Assembly: GCA_964016885.1 (NCBI GenBank)
Contig: OZ024741.1
Location: forward strand, 180,358,001 to 180,422,000
Reading direction: 5' to 3'
Source of the DNA: Eledone cirrhosa
Lineage: Eukaryota
Length of the DNA stretch: 64,000 nt
The notes below the pieces were generated by a model. It did no database searches. It saw only the letters and a list, made by a program, of their open reading frames with translations, and had not been told where the DNA came from. A program made the translations under genes and the position numbers. Within the stretch, counting starts at the first letter, position 1. Every line of letters begins with the position of its first letter. This document shows positions 25,846 to 39,409 of the stretch, one piece after another.

Positions 25846-28288
25846 ATATATATATAGAGAGAGAGATATGTAAAATCCCGATCATGGTGCCAAGCGGTTT
25901 TGGCTTATATATATATGCAGGTCACTTCTTCAAATTTATATATTTAAACTTTACATTGCCTGTGTTCTCTGCCCTCTTCTCTCTGTCTCTGATCATTGTG
26001 TCTGTCTAAACAAACAATTTTTTCTTTCACTGTGCCAACTGTGCTTACTTTCTCTTCTTGGCTGGTATGTTGGGCTTTGTTTCTATCTCTTCTTCCCTGT
26101 TGCAGTGCATTGGTTTGTAGCAAATTTTATTTATTTGTAAATAGTCAAAAAACCAATCAGCTAGTCTTGTGTCCATTTGTTACTGTCCCATGTGCACTGG
26201 AACTAGTGGTATCGATCTTAAAGCATTGATGAGAAGGGACTGTCCTGTGTTTTGTCCATTTTTCCATTGTCTTCGGCCACTGTTTTTGATTCATTTTATA
26301 TGATCTTAGTCATGCAGGTCACTTTTTCAAATATATATATACATTGTATAAATTTTTTAAATGAAAATAAAATTAGATTAGTACCAATTAATTAATTCTA
26401 ACATTAGTTCTTATCATAAACATCAATGAAAAAGTTAGTTATTTTATTAAACTCCTTAAATTTTTTGTTATTTTCCAAATAAATAGAAACACATAGGCTA
26501 TGTATTTCATTAGAAATACGGTAACAAAAGGTTTAAAATATTTATTTTATATCAAACAAAGTATATTTTTGTGATAGAACTGCTACTTCTGGACAAAAAC
26601 TGTAGGTGTGTCCTAAATGTTGTTTTTTTTTATTACTGCTGATGCAACAATAAAATTTAGATACTCAAGAACTCTGAAAGTAACCAATATTTTACATTTT
26701 TATTTTTATTGGATGTCAAATATGTGGAGAGGGAGTCATAATGCAAATATCCTTCCTTTTTATCTTGAGACCTTAACTCCTGACAGGGTTTTAGGGACAC
26801 CATTTTAATGAACAGTGTGTCTTAAGCCTTTTAAACTTGGTGGAACCCATCCCTCTACAGATCTGACCACAGCTGATTTCTTCTGAAGAGAATGAGCACT
26901 TTAATTATCGACTCTGAATGGTTAAAAGGTAAAGTTGACCTTGACAAGCCCCAGTGCTATCATGTCACCATTTTTCCAGTGACAAGAGAAAGGATTTGAG
27001 CTGAGAAAGAACAGTGTTGAAACATGCCACATAGTATCCTGTCCAGTACTTTAACAATCCAGTCCAATCCACCCTGGATTCGACTCGATTTTTACATTAT
27101 TTATCAAGCTCGTGATGATGAAAAACAAAACTAACCTTAGCATGATTTGAATACAGAGCACAGAGCTAGAATAAATACCTCAAGGCATTTTATCCAACGT
27201 TTTACATCCTCATCCTCCTCATCATCATCATGATAGCATGGCCTGGATGGGACTTTTTGAAGCAGTATCTTTCAACCAGATGTCTTGATGCAAACTCTTT
27301 TAGTCACCTCTTACAACCCACAGGGATATGGTATCATCATTTAACATTTCTTTTCCATGCTGCATAAATTATATAGTTCTTAATTGGAGCTACTGTCTTC
27401 TTAGATAAGTTTGGGCCATGTTTTGTTTACATACATTCCAATTTTGACATGGTTTCCACAGTTGGAGGTCGTTCCTATCATCAATCACTTTACAGAGTGT
27501 ACTAAGTTCATTTCATCTTGACCCTTTGTTGGTATAGTTTCTACAGCTGGATGCCCTGTCTAACAGTCACCACTTTACAGAGTGTATTGGACACTTTTTA
27601 TCATGGTATCAGCATAAAAGAGTTTGTCATGTCCTTGACATAACTGAAGAGTCCTCTTTTTCTAAAAACCAAGCTTCAGACACTGCCAGTTCACCATGTA
27701 ATGCATGACTAGTCACATTAGCAAAAGAAATTACCCCCATTAATAATTTGGCAAATACTAGGATATAAATTTGAACAATTTATAAGCTATTAAATTTGGC
27801 CAATGAACCTGAAGAGTGCAGCTGGTGTGATCTCATTCTTTTATTTTCAGATGACCTAAATTTCTGAAATGTTTAACCATAATTCCACCCCATCCTGATT
27901 GTTAACCTTCATTTTCATATTTGATTTTTCTTTTGGCTTTGTTTTGTATTGTGTGTATGTGTTTAACACTCTTTTTGTCATTTTGATAATTGCTATTTTA
28001 GATTTCTTATTTTACATTCACAAACCGGTTCTGTATGAGCAAAACACAGTCATCTGATCTAACTTGTCTCACAACAAGACAACTCATCCAACCCATGCTA
28101 ACATGCAAAATGGACGTTAAATGGTGATGATGATGAAACCACTCTAGAGCACCACTGACCACTATAGAACACTTCAGACCACCATTGTTCACTACAGTCC
28201 ATTGCAGACCACCACTGACTGCTAGTAGTCACTACATACCATCATTGACCACTACTATAAAATCATGGGTAAAATGGTGGGTAAATCT

Positions 28289-28558
28289 TGTGGTTAGAAA
28301 AAGCTATCTCACTTACCGCTTTTCATAGGCGCCGCTAAATCCCACTGCTGGTTTCTCCTCTTCCACGTGCGTCCAACTCATTAACACCCGGGAGCTGCCA
28401 AACTCACGTCCACACCGTTGCTGGTCAACACTAGAGAGAGGCCGATCTGCTTGCCCTTCCGATCGAGCACCCTTCCGACCAAGCACCTTTCCAGTCAAGC
28501 ACTCTTCCGATCGAGCACTCCCCAGCTTCCGGCCACCGCACACCACACCATACCCACA
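28289..28558 (-). repeat. 3' LTR (270 bp)
   Basis: Direct repeat of 32215-32468. Confidence 0.95.
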
Positions 28559-28781
28559 CACCCCCCTGATCTCAAGGATCAATTTCCCCCTCGTCCTTCT
28601 GCATATGAAAGTCTGCTGTCCAGGTTGGTGGTTTGCGACTTCTTTGCGATCTCCGCAGTGTTGGGGGCGGCACTTTGGGTTTCCTCTTCCTCGGAGTCCG
28701 TTGACACAGTGATTCTACGGACATCCAGGACATAATGTGGTACTCTGTCCACGGACACATTGTTCTGGGAATTTTTGGCCG

Positions 28782-31328
28782 TCACCGTTCCACTTCCCCA
28801 TTGAGATGTGCAACGTGCATCTGGGGGCTTAACCCAGATTTCTTCGCCCACCTGCATGGATGCATTCTCTCTCCCCACTGGCCGTTGTGGTGGTGTGCAC
28901 GGGTGCCGCCACTCGTATCTGAATACTGCTCTGTGTGGCACCGATTCCTCAACCTGTCCCACCCGAGGAGACATATTGTACCAGAACACTGTCTCCATTG
29001 GTGAGATTGGCCCCGCTCCGCCATTGCCTTGATCGTCCGGTGGTGTCGCTCCACAATTCCATTCCCGCTCAGCCTGTGCACTGCTCTGTAGAAACGGTCC
29101 ACCTTCCATCCATCGAGCATCTCCCTCAGCGCCTCCGAGCGGAACGCTGCACTGTTGTCCATCAGCAGTTCGTCCACAGGGCCCCGCTCCCAGAACACCT
29201 CTCTCAACGTCCGCATGATTTCCTCGGCCGTTCCAGTCTTCATGTCCCTCCATATCGCCCTCCGTCCTGGTCCACAGTCGACCATCGAGAGGTACGTTCC
29301 CTGTCGGTAGTGCGTTACATCCACCGCCAATCGCTTCCAGTCGCGATCCACTGGGAGTCTTCCCATTTCGTGCACACCCGGGGCGGGATCAATCGACTGA
29401 CATCGGACGCAGCCTCTAACCACCCTTTGAACACTGTGTCTGTTAACGTCCGAGTCGATTCTCCTGGCTAGGAACAGGGTCTTATCCACTCCCACGTGGT
29501 GCATGTCATGCAACCCTTTCAGATCCGACTCGGTCAGTCGACACACGGCAGCTATCTCATCTTCTACCTCCTCCAGCGCTTCCATCCAGGCTTTCTTCAC
29601 CCTAGTTAAGACGTCCGCCCTATTTTTCTCTGAGAGCAGGAAAACTACGCTCAGCCTCAGGTCGAACTCGGTGGCCAGCTCTCCTAAAGTTTCCAGGCGG
29701 CGCTTTATCAGCATCTCCGCCGCCCCTCTCGTTCGCATTCTCTTCTCACTGGTGAGCACTGATTTCACCCATCCGAGTACAGTAGCCGAGTCGGTGCGTA
29801 TCTCGATGGTGCGCAGTCCCCACCTCAGGGCGAGGTTCACCCCTCTCAACACTGCGTCCAGTTCAGCCACATTGATGTGGTTGCAGTCGCCTTTCTTCCT
29901 AAGCCACGCTGCATCCTCGACCTGCATCGCTGACACCCAGCGCTATGCTGCTGGCATCGCACCATACGGTCCCGCTCTGTGATTTGGGAACATACCAGCG
30001 TCCCTGCACTGGGTCGTCGGCCTTCACCCTCTCCATGATTTCCTGCATCATGGCCACCGTCCTCTCTCTCACTCTATCACTCCAAGTCACCCCTCCCGCT
30101 CGTCTATTGATATATCTGCATGCCGTCCGGAGCCACCCAGCAATCGGGTAGTGACCCACCAACTTTCCACACCGAGAAAAGCTCCCGCCTACTCATACTT
30201 GGGCCCAGTTCCGGAACTTCGTTTCCCCTCTGGAATACCAAGACGCCCGTCATGTCTCGCCGTAGCCTAAGTCCCAGCGTGGCTCCTCCCTCCAACGCTT
30301 CTGACGGCTTCGCAGCCAGTCCATACCCCTGTAAATGGCTCGTGACCTCCGCCGCCAACACCACAGACTCATCGACTAGGATGTCGTCAATGTAGGAGTT
30401 AGTGGCCCTCTTCATCTTGTCGGCCTTTCCCAGAATGGTCTTGAGGACCGCCGCCATGATCTTCGGTGCGGAACTCAGCCCGAAACCGAGCCTGGTCGGG
30501 CAATATGTCCGGCCCTTATACCTGACCAGCTGATACTGCCAGAGCTTCTTATCTATATGCAATTGCAAGTATGCCGACTTTAGATCTACGATTGCTGAAC
30601 CCCCCATCATGCGTCTCCACTCACGCAGGGTTTCCCCACAGACATCCGTGACCTCGCCACCCGTGTGGCATGACACGTGCTTGTTCAGCACCAGCTTCAC
30701 CTTGTTCTTCGTGGGTTGCGCCACCGCCATTAACGGCAATACTCCGCACTTCACCTCCTCTTTCCAGGGAAGCAGTATGCCCTCCTCAATCCATCTCTCT
30801 ACCTCTCGCTCGAACTCGCTCCTAATGTCTCCCTTCAATGTGTGTTGATAGCAGCCCACTTTGGTCTTCAGTGTTGGTCGTTCTCCCTTCCAGTACCACT
30901 CAACAACCCATCGCTGCCCATCGAACACGACCTTGAAGTCTTTGTCCTGCACAGTGTAAGCAGGGTATTTCTCCTCGTGGGCCTTCTGGTTCTCCTGTCG
31001 CGTACTCACAGCGCATACCGATGCAGTGGCGCCAAACGACGTTGTTCACTGTGGCGCCTCCTAGACGGCCAATTGCGTCCATGCCCATAACCACGCTGAT
31101 CCCATCCACCACGTTGTCAACTACAATGGCAGAAAGCCTTATTTTCCTTCCCCGTACCGCCATCTCCACCTCGCTGCAACCTCGGCATTCAATTTTCCTG
31201 CCATCGACTGCCCTTACGCTGCTCTTCCCTCTCCACCTCTGCGCCACCCCCGTGGTCACCGGTGTCATCGTACAGCCCGTGTCTACGAGGGCTCGCTGTG
31301 GCTTTCCCCTCACAAAGACTTCCACCAC
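28782..31328 (-). pseudogene. Gypsy pol (protease, RT, RNase H, integrase) in several frames
   Basis: ALVDTGC; VDLKSAYLQ...FGLSSAP...YIDD; WCDAS, ELDAV, TDS, NRADVL; HDMHH..CVRC, VDVTH, MDNS, NGIVER. Confidence 0.92.
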
Positions 31329-31462
31329 GGGCAGCGCCTCTATTCGTAAGGGGCAACTACCGGCGCAGTAGTTCCCCTTGGTTCGTTTCCCTGCTCGCAG
31401 TTAGTAGCGATGTGGCCTGGTCACTTACACCAGTAGCATATTATTTCTGGCCTTGACTCTCC

Positions 31463-32081
31463 TCAGTCTCTTGCCATGTGCGGGCCCTGGCACCTAAAAC
31501 AGCGACCTCTAAACGTTCGCGGGCGACCGCGTGCCGTGGTTGCCTCCCTTTCACCATTTCGCTGCCAGCTGTCTTGAGCCTCTGTAGTTGCTATCGCTGC
31601 GACACTCTTCTTGGCATCTTCTGCTATGATACGGGCTTGCTCCACCAGTGAACACATCTCCATTTCTTTGTAACCCGGGACTTGCTGCAGTTTCACCGCT
31701 ATGTCGTCTGGAAATCCATTTATGAACGCCAACCGCACTGTGCGTTCGCATTCTACCTGGTATCCAGCCAACATGGCCAATCACAGTATTTCCGCTGCGA
31801 AAATGTCAACGCGTTCACCGTTCCATCTAATTCTTGCCAGCTTAGCAAAAGCGGCTAACGGTCCCTCTGCGAACGCTTCCATCATGCGCCTCCCTTTGGC
31901 TGTGTTCATCTAACTCAAGGAAGAGTACCAACGCGTCCCCCTCGAGGTACAGTGCCATGAGGCCAGCCACATCTATCTTCTGTAAGCTTGCGACCAGCCG
32001 GACTTTTCGCAGCCAAGCGACAACATCGCCTTCACCGGTAAATGCCCTAATCGCTTCGCTCGTTCGTAGTCTCCTCGCCAT
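31463..32081 (-). pseudogene. Gypsy gag, frameshifted
   Basis: Encodes FTGEGDVVAWL...LYLEGDA, FINGFP and a zinc knuckle CFRCQGPHMARD truncated by a stop. Confidence 0.85.
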
Positions 32082-32214
32082 ATCCTAATTTGGCTTGTGG
32101 TACGTAATAAAAAAAACAACAGACTCCTCTCTGTTTTTCCAGTAGCTTTGTTTTCGAGAAAGTTTTTTTTTCTTTTTTTTCAATCAGATCTCAGTTTCCA
32201 GTGCCGAAATAGCT

Positions 32215-32468
32215 TGTGGTTAGAAATAGCTATCTCACTTACCGCTTTTCATAGGCGCCGCTAAATCCCATGGCTGGTTTCTTCTCTTCCACGTGCGTCC
32301 AACTCATTAACACCCGGGAGCTGCCAAACTCGCCTCCACACCGTTGCTGGTCACCACTAGAGAGAGGCCGATCTGCTCGCCCTTCCGGTTGAGCACCCTT
32401 CCGGTCAAGCACTCTTCTGGTCGAGCACTCCCCAGCTTCCGGCCACCGCACACCACACCATACCCACA
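32215..32468 (-). repeat. 5' LTR (254 bp)
   Basis: Direct repeat of 28289-28558, lacking one 16-bp unit. Confidence 0.95.
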
Positions 32469-32937
32469 AATCTTGAACTCTGGGTAAAATCATGAACTGT
32501 CAGTCAAGTTAAAATATGAAGAATCAAATCTGTTGACACAAGGTCTTTAGTGAGATTGGAACACATTATTTGACATTTATATGTTCTTATATATATATAT
32601 AATTTTTAGTAGCACCACTCCATATAAATTCCTCAACTTAAGAATGGCATGTAGTATCTATTCATACTATTAACCTTAATATATCTGACCAGGAATGCTT
32701 TTTGTGAAAATCAGTCATATGGAACTATTGTCATCTTGCCTGCTGGTTTGAACTTTACAACACCACCTGCCTCTTTGAGGTCAAATACCAACCCTACTAG
32801 CATCTACAAACTGACCAATGAGAATTAAGACTATTCCTGCTGACAACATTAAATTATTCCTAACAAGCTCATATGTCCCAAGGCTCTGATACCATCAACA
32901 CTATAAACACAGAGCTGGCATATCTAAGAACTGACTA

Positions 32938-32993
32938 ACTGCCTGATGAGGTCATAGCCATTCAATGGCTATCATTGAAATATATATAGCAGT
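32938..32993 (+). ncRNA. minimal type-I hammerhead ribozyme
   Basis: actgc CTGATGA ggtcatagccat-tca-atggctatcatt GAAA tatata TA gcagt, followed by AATAAA. Confidence 0.78.
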
Positions 32994-33196
32994 AAATAAA
33001 GGATTATGAGTTCATGCAATTAACTTATGTTTCGTCACTATATATATATATATATAACAAAGGAATTGTGGTAAGGAACCAGATGGATCATAACGCACCA
33101 GAGTACTCAATACTTAGGGTAGTAGAGTGGGAAATAGGAAAAAGTATGACCCCGACGGCAGAGCTCAAGCCGTTTCGACGGCTATATATATGTATA

Positions 33197-33231
<35 letters not shown>

Positions 33232-33914
33232 TGTGAAAATATATCATCATCGTAAAAAAATGATGGTGATATGTATGTGCGCTTTCAAAAGCAACTATTG
33301 TGCCAGTAAATTATCAAAACATGGTGTTGCCATAGTAACAAGGAGGAAAGAAAGAAAAAAACCCCTATGATTAATGACATGAAAATTATTTCTTCAAATC
33401 TAGAGTGAAATTATATTTTATTTTAAAGAAGAAATTAACACCAAGATTGTTTTCTTCCAAAGAAAATTGCTAAAATCATGAATCTTTGATGTATTGATTA
33501 ACAGCTAGGTGAACCAATGGCACCACACCCCCGCCATGCCATTGAGAATTATGTCTTTGACGGGATGCACACAATGCAACATAGCATTAGTGTTATAGGG
33601 ATATGGTGTAGATTATTACACAGTTAATTAGTACAAATTATTGAAGAAAAGTTTGTCCATTAATGGATACATTTGAAAAAAGAAATACTTTTAAAATAAA
33701 TACTCTTTCTCCATATAAATGCTCTGTGATAAATATATGAAATAAAAGAATATAAAAATATTTCTATCGAGTAATTTATTCCTGTAAGCAATCTCCTGGT
33801 TATTATGCATTGCTCAAGTTAATTGTACAACTAACAAGACAAAAAGAAAATACAAGACAAAAAGAAAATTATAAGTTTTTCTATTCCTATGTGAAAACAA
33901 TTTAGACATATTTT

Positions 33915-34015
<101 letters not shown>

Positions 34016-34165
34016 ATGTATATATATATACATATATACATAAAGAGAGTGAGAGATAGACTTACACACATGCACATGCATGCATGTGCACTCACACACA
34101 TATACACACACGTGTAGATACACTCTTCTATCTTTCCTCTCTAATATATATATATATATATATAC

Positions 34166-34220
<55 letters not shown>

Positions 34221-34703
34221 TTTATAAATATGTATTTATAAATATATATAAATATGTATTTATATATATATCAAAAGATAATAACCATCAACTTCAAAGC
34301 CAGTTAATGTGTATGTATGTTTAGTATATATTTTACATAAATAATGAATGTGTATCATTGAGTCTTTGACTACAACAATTATATCAACAACAATCATATA
34401 AACAATAAGTTAATAGCTTTTCTTGACTTTGAAGATTTACTAAATATTGCATTTATTTTTTATTGTTGCTTATTTAACCAATGATTTGGTTGTGTGTCTA
34501 TATATATATACATATATATGTGTGTGTGTGAGTATGTGTGTATATATATGCACTCATACATACATATGAGGGGCGAAGGGTGCATGCATGCGTTATAGAA
34601 TCTTGAGTTGATCAATTGCGTCAGTTGAAGCAAGCAGAATTTTGGCTGCTTACTAAATTGTAGACACATAAAAAGATAACACACACACACACACACACAC
34701 ACA

Positions 34704-34739
<36 letters not shown>

Positions 34740-37700
34740 ATAACACTACATACGGCTTTGACAGGGAGGGTCATTTGGAGGGAATTGGGGGTGGGGGGCT
34801 GCACAGCCCCACTTTCCGCCATGGCGTTTTGACTGCATGTCCTGGTTTCTAGGTTACCCTTCGCCACTGATATATATATGTATATGTGTGTGTGTGTGTA
34901 TATATATATGTGTGTATATAAATATAATATATTTATATGTACATATGCATATATATATGATTGTGCATGTATATATATATATATATATACATACATATGC
35001 ATAGATATGTGTACATCTGTATATATATAAATATATATATATATGTGTGTGTAAATACCATCATTTAATGTTAATCGTATGAATATATTTGTCTTTATCT
35101 GGTACTAGCAATTTCTAGAAAGAATGAAAAACAAAAACAGACAAAAAAAAATAGATAAATAAATAAAATGTAACATTAAACACCATTTTCATCTCTTCAT
35201 GCCAAACAATAATTTTTCAATTTTAAAATTCTTTCAAGCTAAGAAGTATTAATGACCAATTTGTACTGCAACTACCTTGAATTCATTTTCTTATGTTCCT
35301 TAACTTCGTTATCCCAGTAAATACCATTAGTAAGTGAGAGAAAAATTTGCTAATTATTAGAAACTGATAAGATTTTTTTATTGATTTTTTTTTTATTATT
35401 GTTGTTTAGTTGGGGTGTGTGTGTGGTTGGGTGGGCTACTTTCAGCATTATTTTCTGAATAATGATAAATCTCGCTGAAATTATAATTCTTGTTGTTGCT
35501 GTTGTTGAAGTTGCTACGACCACTACTACTACTACTACTACTACTATTACCACCACCTTCCACCTTCATTAATAATAACATCACCTCCATAACCACCACT
35601 ACCACCACTACTACTACTATCACCATCACCAACCACATCATCACCACCACCACCACCACCATTAATTATACTGCTGCTGCTGTAACTATATATATTATCA
35701 TGATTAATGAAACATTATCATTGATAGTGTAATTACGAGTTCGTTAGTCAAACTCCTTCTTGCTTTTGTTTGTAATTATTATTATTATTATTATTTGGCA
35801 GTATCGGTGAGGTATAGGGCGGTGGATTGGCAGTATCGGTAGAGGGTCAGACGCCATGCTTTGATGCATAGTTACGGCCCTTGCCATTCTGAGTTCAAAT
35901 CCCGCTGAGGTTAACTTTGCCTTTCATCCTTACGGGGTCGATAAAATAAAGTACCAGTAATGCACTGGGTAATTGCTGGCCTTGTGCCAAAAGTAGAAAC
36001 AATTATTATTTGGCAGTATTGGTAGAGTGTCGGACACCATGCTTTGCGGCGTAGAGTACAGCTCTTTACATTCTGAGTTCAAATTCTGCCAAGGTTAGCT
36101 TTGTCTTTCATCCTTATGAAGTCGAGAAAATAAAGTACCAGTAATGTCTCGATTTTCCCCTCTTCCCCAAATTTTTGGAATTGTGCCTAAAACAGAAACC
36201 ATTATTATTATTTTTTTTAAAGGGCGGTGGATTGGCAGTATCGGTAGAGGGTCGGACGCCATGCTTTCCAGTATAGTTACGTCCCTTTACGATCTGAGTT
36301 CAAATCCCGCCGAGGTTGACTTTGCCTTTCATCCTTACGGGGTCGATAAAATAAAGTACCAGTAATGCACTGGGTAATTACTGGCCTTGTGCCTAAAGTA
36401 GAAACAATTATTTTTTAAAAATAATTTCTGAAAATCTAATTTCAAACCAAGGTAGAAAGTGTGGTAGTTCCTCGTGTGTGTTTGTGCATATATATATATA
36501 TATAATCCTTATCAAGACCTCTTCGGATTTTAGTCGTCATATATATTATTACATTTATTATACATATATATATATATAAGAAAGTAAGGTGTTTTTTTTA
36601 AATGTCCCACAAGGGTAAAAATATAAGGAAAAGAATTTGAAAATGCAACTGGAGTCTTTTAAGAATATTTATTCACTTTACCAGTTTCACAGTTCTTATG
36701 ATTATCAAAAGTAAAATTGAGATGGAGGGTTTGTGATTCTGTTGTGATGTGTCTCACATCTAACTAGAGTTTGAAAATTCTTTCTGTTTTATACAAAAAA
36801 AAGTGGCTTAGATTGGTGTTTGTTTAATCTTTAGCATGCTGAATTTTTTCATGAATAGCTTCCCTTGACATTGAATTATGTATTAAGGCGAGATTACTCT
36901 ATTTGTGACATAAGGTGCCTAGAGCACGCTGAAGGTTAAAATGCAATTAAGTTGGTTGATGACAGTCATGTGATTAGGTACAGCAATTTTTGCGCCAGAA
37001 AAAGTGGCTAAAAATTGCTATTTGCAATTTTATTGGTTGGTGACAGTCATATGATTAGGCATAGTAATTTTTGCTATTTGTTTAATAGCAGCTAAGCCAG
37101 ACACCTTCTTAAAATTTGATTTTGTCATTACTCATACTCACTGAACCATAACATTCCAATTTTTCCTTTCTTCTTTCATTTTCTGACCATCCATTTTTGG
37201 TGTAAAAATGACTAATTTTAAAGATTATGGTATGTTGGAATGGATCACTGACGATTTTCACAATGAGTGTTCCAGTTGTTTGATCAACAGAACAGCACAC
37301 ACATGAAATTAACATGGAAGTAGCCAAGCATATCACATATATGTGTACTCTTAAGGAAATTCAGTATGACACGGTGTCTCAAACCTTGTCTCTTTGAATA
37401 TCAGATACATTCCATCAAACAGTTTCTGTCTGCTATTTCACTCACAAAGCATGGGTCAACCCAAGGCTATGGCACATGTCTAAGATGCCACACAGTGGAA
37501 TCAAACCTGGTACCTACTACTTTTTCTTTGCCCACTTATTCCTGAGAGGGTCGTGAGGGCAACGTCCTCACACACTCCTTCCAGTGGGTCCTGTCAGAAG
37601 CAACCATCTCCAACTGATCCGGCTGGATCCTCAAGCGTGACCAGCCAAGCTCATGGACGTATCCAACCATCTTGCTCGGGGTCTACCCCTGGGTCCCTTG

Positions 37701-38661
37701 CTGGCTGGTTTTGCCTACAAAATCTGTCCAGCGAATCTTTTCTGAGACATTCTAACAACAAGCCCATAGTGTCAGAGCTGTGATCTTTCAATTCGCAGAA
37801 GTGACTCTGATCTCTGAGTTACACACTTTATTAAGTAACATTACTTCAATGATTACAAAATGAACTTCATAACCATTCAGCCATGCTGCAGATGATGTGT
37901 TATTATACTAGTAGAAAAACCACCCCTCGGGTGGTTTTCTGCTAGCATGTGTAGTGTGTATATTGATATTATACGCAAGTATATATACATGTAGATATGA
38001 TACATCAAATAAAATTGTAATTGACAATATACATAGAAATTGAACGAAGACTGCGTTACACTGTCGTATTTAGTCAGTAACGTAATCCATGATACATTAA
38101 AAAAAGATGATATTATATATAAACTGCATTAGGAGAAAATTAGTGACAGAAATATATGAATATATATTTAAGTGATCGCTAACCGGAAGTGCTGACATTT
38201 CAGAAATTTTAAAGAAGTGAATCTTTAAATAAACAAAATATATTTAATCAACAGCCACAAAATTTAGTAGATAAATTATGTAATATTCATTCATTATTTA
38301 TTCAAATCCCGCCAAGATTAACTTTGCTTTTCATCCTTACGGGGTCGATAAAATAAAGTACCAGTAATGCACTGGGTAATTGCTGGCCTTGTGCCTAACG
38401 TAGAAACAATTATTTATTCAAAGTAATCTAACTTATTTTACTAATGGGATAAAAAATTATAAACCGTACGCAGTTCTGCGCTCCTTACTTTATTATAATT
38501 TAGATATAGTATATGATATAACAATGTAGTATATGCTATTAAATCTTTGTGGTGAATACATTATATCTATATCTATGTGGTATATGATATATTTATGTGG
38601 CATATGACATATCTATGTGGTAAATATGTTGTTCTCTATATGTGGTATATATGTATATATA

Positions 38662-39409
38662 CAGTGATACCTCGCAGTACAAATTCGACTTACTTGTTTT
38701 ACAAATCAATTTTCCCCATTGAAATTAATTAAAATATACTTAATCCATTCCAGACCCCCAAAACTACCTAAAAATCATTTTTTATGCGTTTTAAAATAGA
38801 TAGTTACAAGGAAAATGACAAGTATAAAACATAATAAAAGAGAATGGAGAAGAATTATGCAAACTGGTTTTATTAATTTTGAGGACAGATGTGCATTGCT
38901 TGGAGTGCCTGGAGACACCCTTTGCTGCTGTAACGTCCTTGAACACGTCCTTTTTCTTCAGGATGGTGCAGATCGTTGATGTGCTTCGGTCGTATTGACG
39001 TGCTATGTCCACTACACGCACTCCTCTCTCATGTTTATCAATGATTTCTTTCTTCAATTCTATCATAATCAGTTTTTTCTTCTTCTCAGCACTGACCTTT
39101 GCACTAACCTTCTTAGAACCCATGGCTAACACCACTAATTATTATAAAATAACAGCAAAAAACGCACAAAACCTAAAAAAAAAAAAAAACACTAGGAAAA
39201 CAATAGGGATGCTGCCTGAACGAGATGAACACATGAACTGAGTGAGCAGAGGCTGCCCTTGTTGGGAGAGCATGTGCAAGATCAGCTTGTATGAAACTTG
39301 CTCATACTGCAGATTTCCACTTGTACTACAAGACAAAAATTCACATGAGCCTTGGCTCGTACAGCAAATTACTAGTACAATGGGGCACTTGCACTGCGAG
39401 GTTCTACTG
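38662..39409 (-). mobile_element. pogo/Tigger-type internally deleted transposon
   Basis: TA|cagtgatacctcgcagt...actgcgaggttctactg|TA; CENP-B-type HTH fragment at 38791-39135. Confidence 0.88.

Larger units (their letters stand above)
28289..32468 (-). mobile_element. Ty3/Gypsy LTR retrotransposon, full length (~4.2 kb), frameshifted
   Basis: TG...CA LTRs, 5-bp TSD aatct (28284-88, 32469-73), PPT aggggggtg next to the 3' LTR, domain order gag-PR-RT-RH-INT; GC-rich relative to the host. Confidence 0.96.

Noticed and set aside
28935-30848. plus-strand ORFs over the Gypsy element
   Set aside because: Antisense shadows of GC-rich pol with no recognisable domains.
35350-35732. poly-V, poly-T and poly-L ORFs (also 49703-50039)
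   Set aside because: Trinucleotide low-complexity repeats with no splice or homology support.
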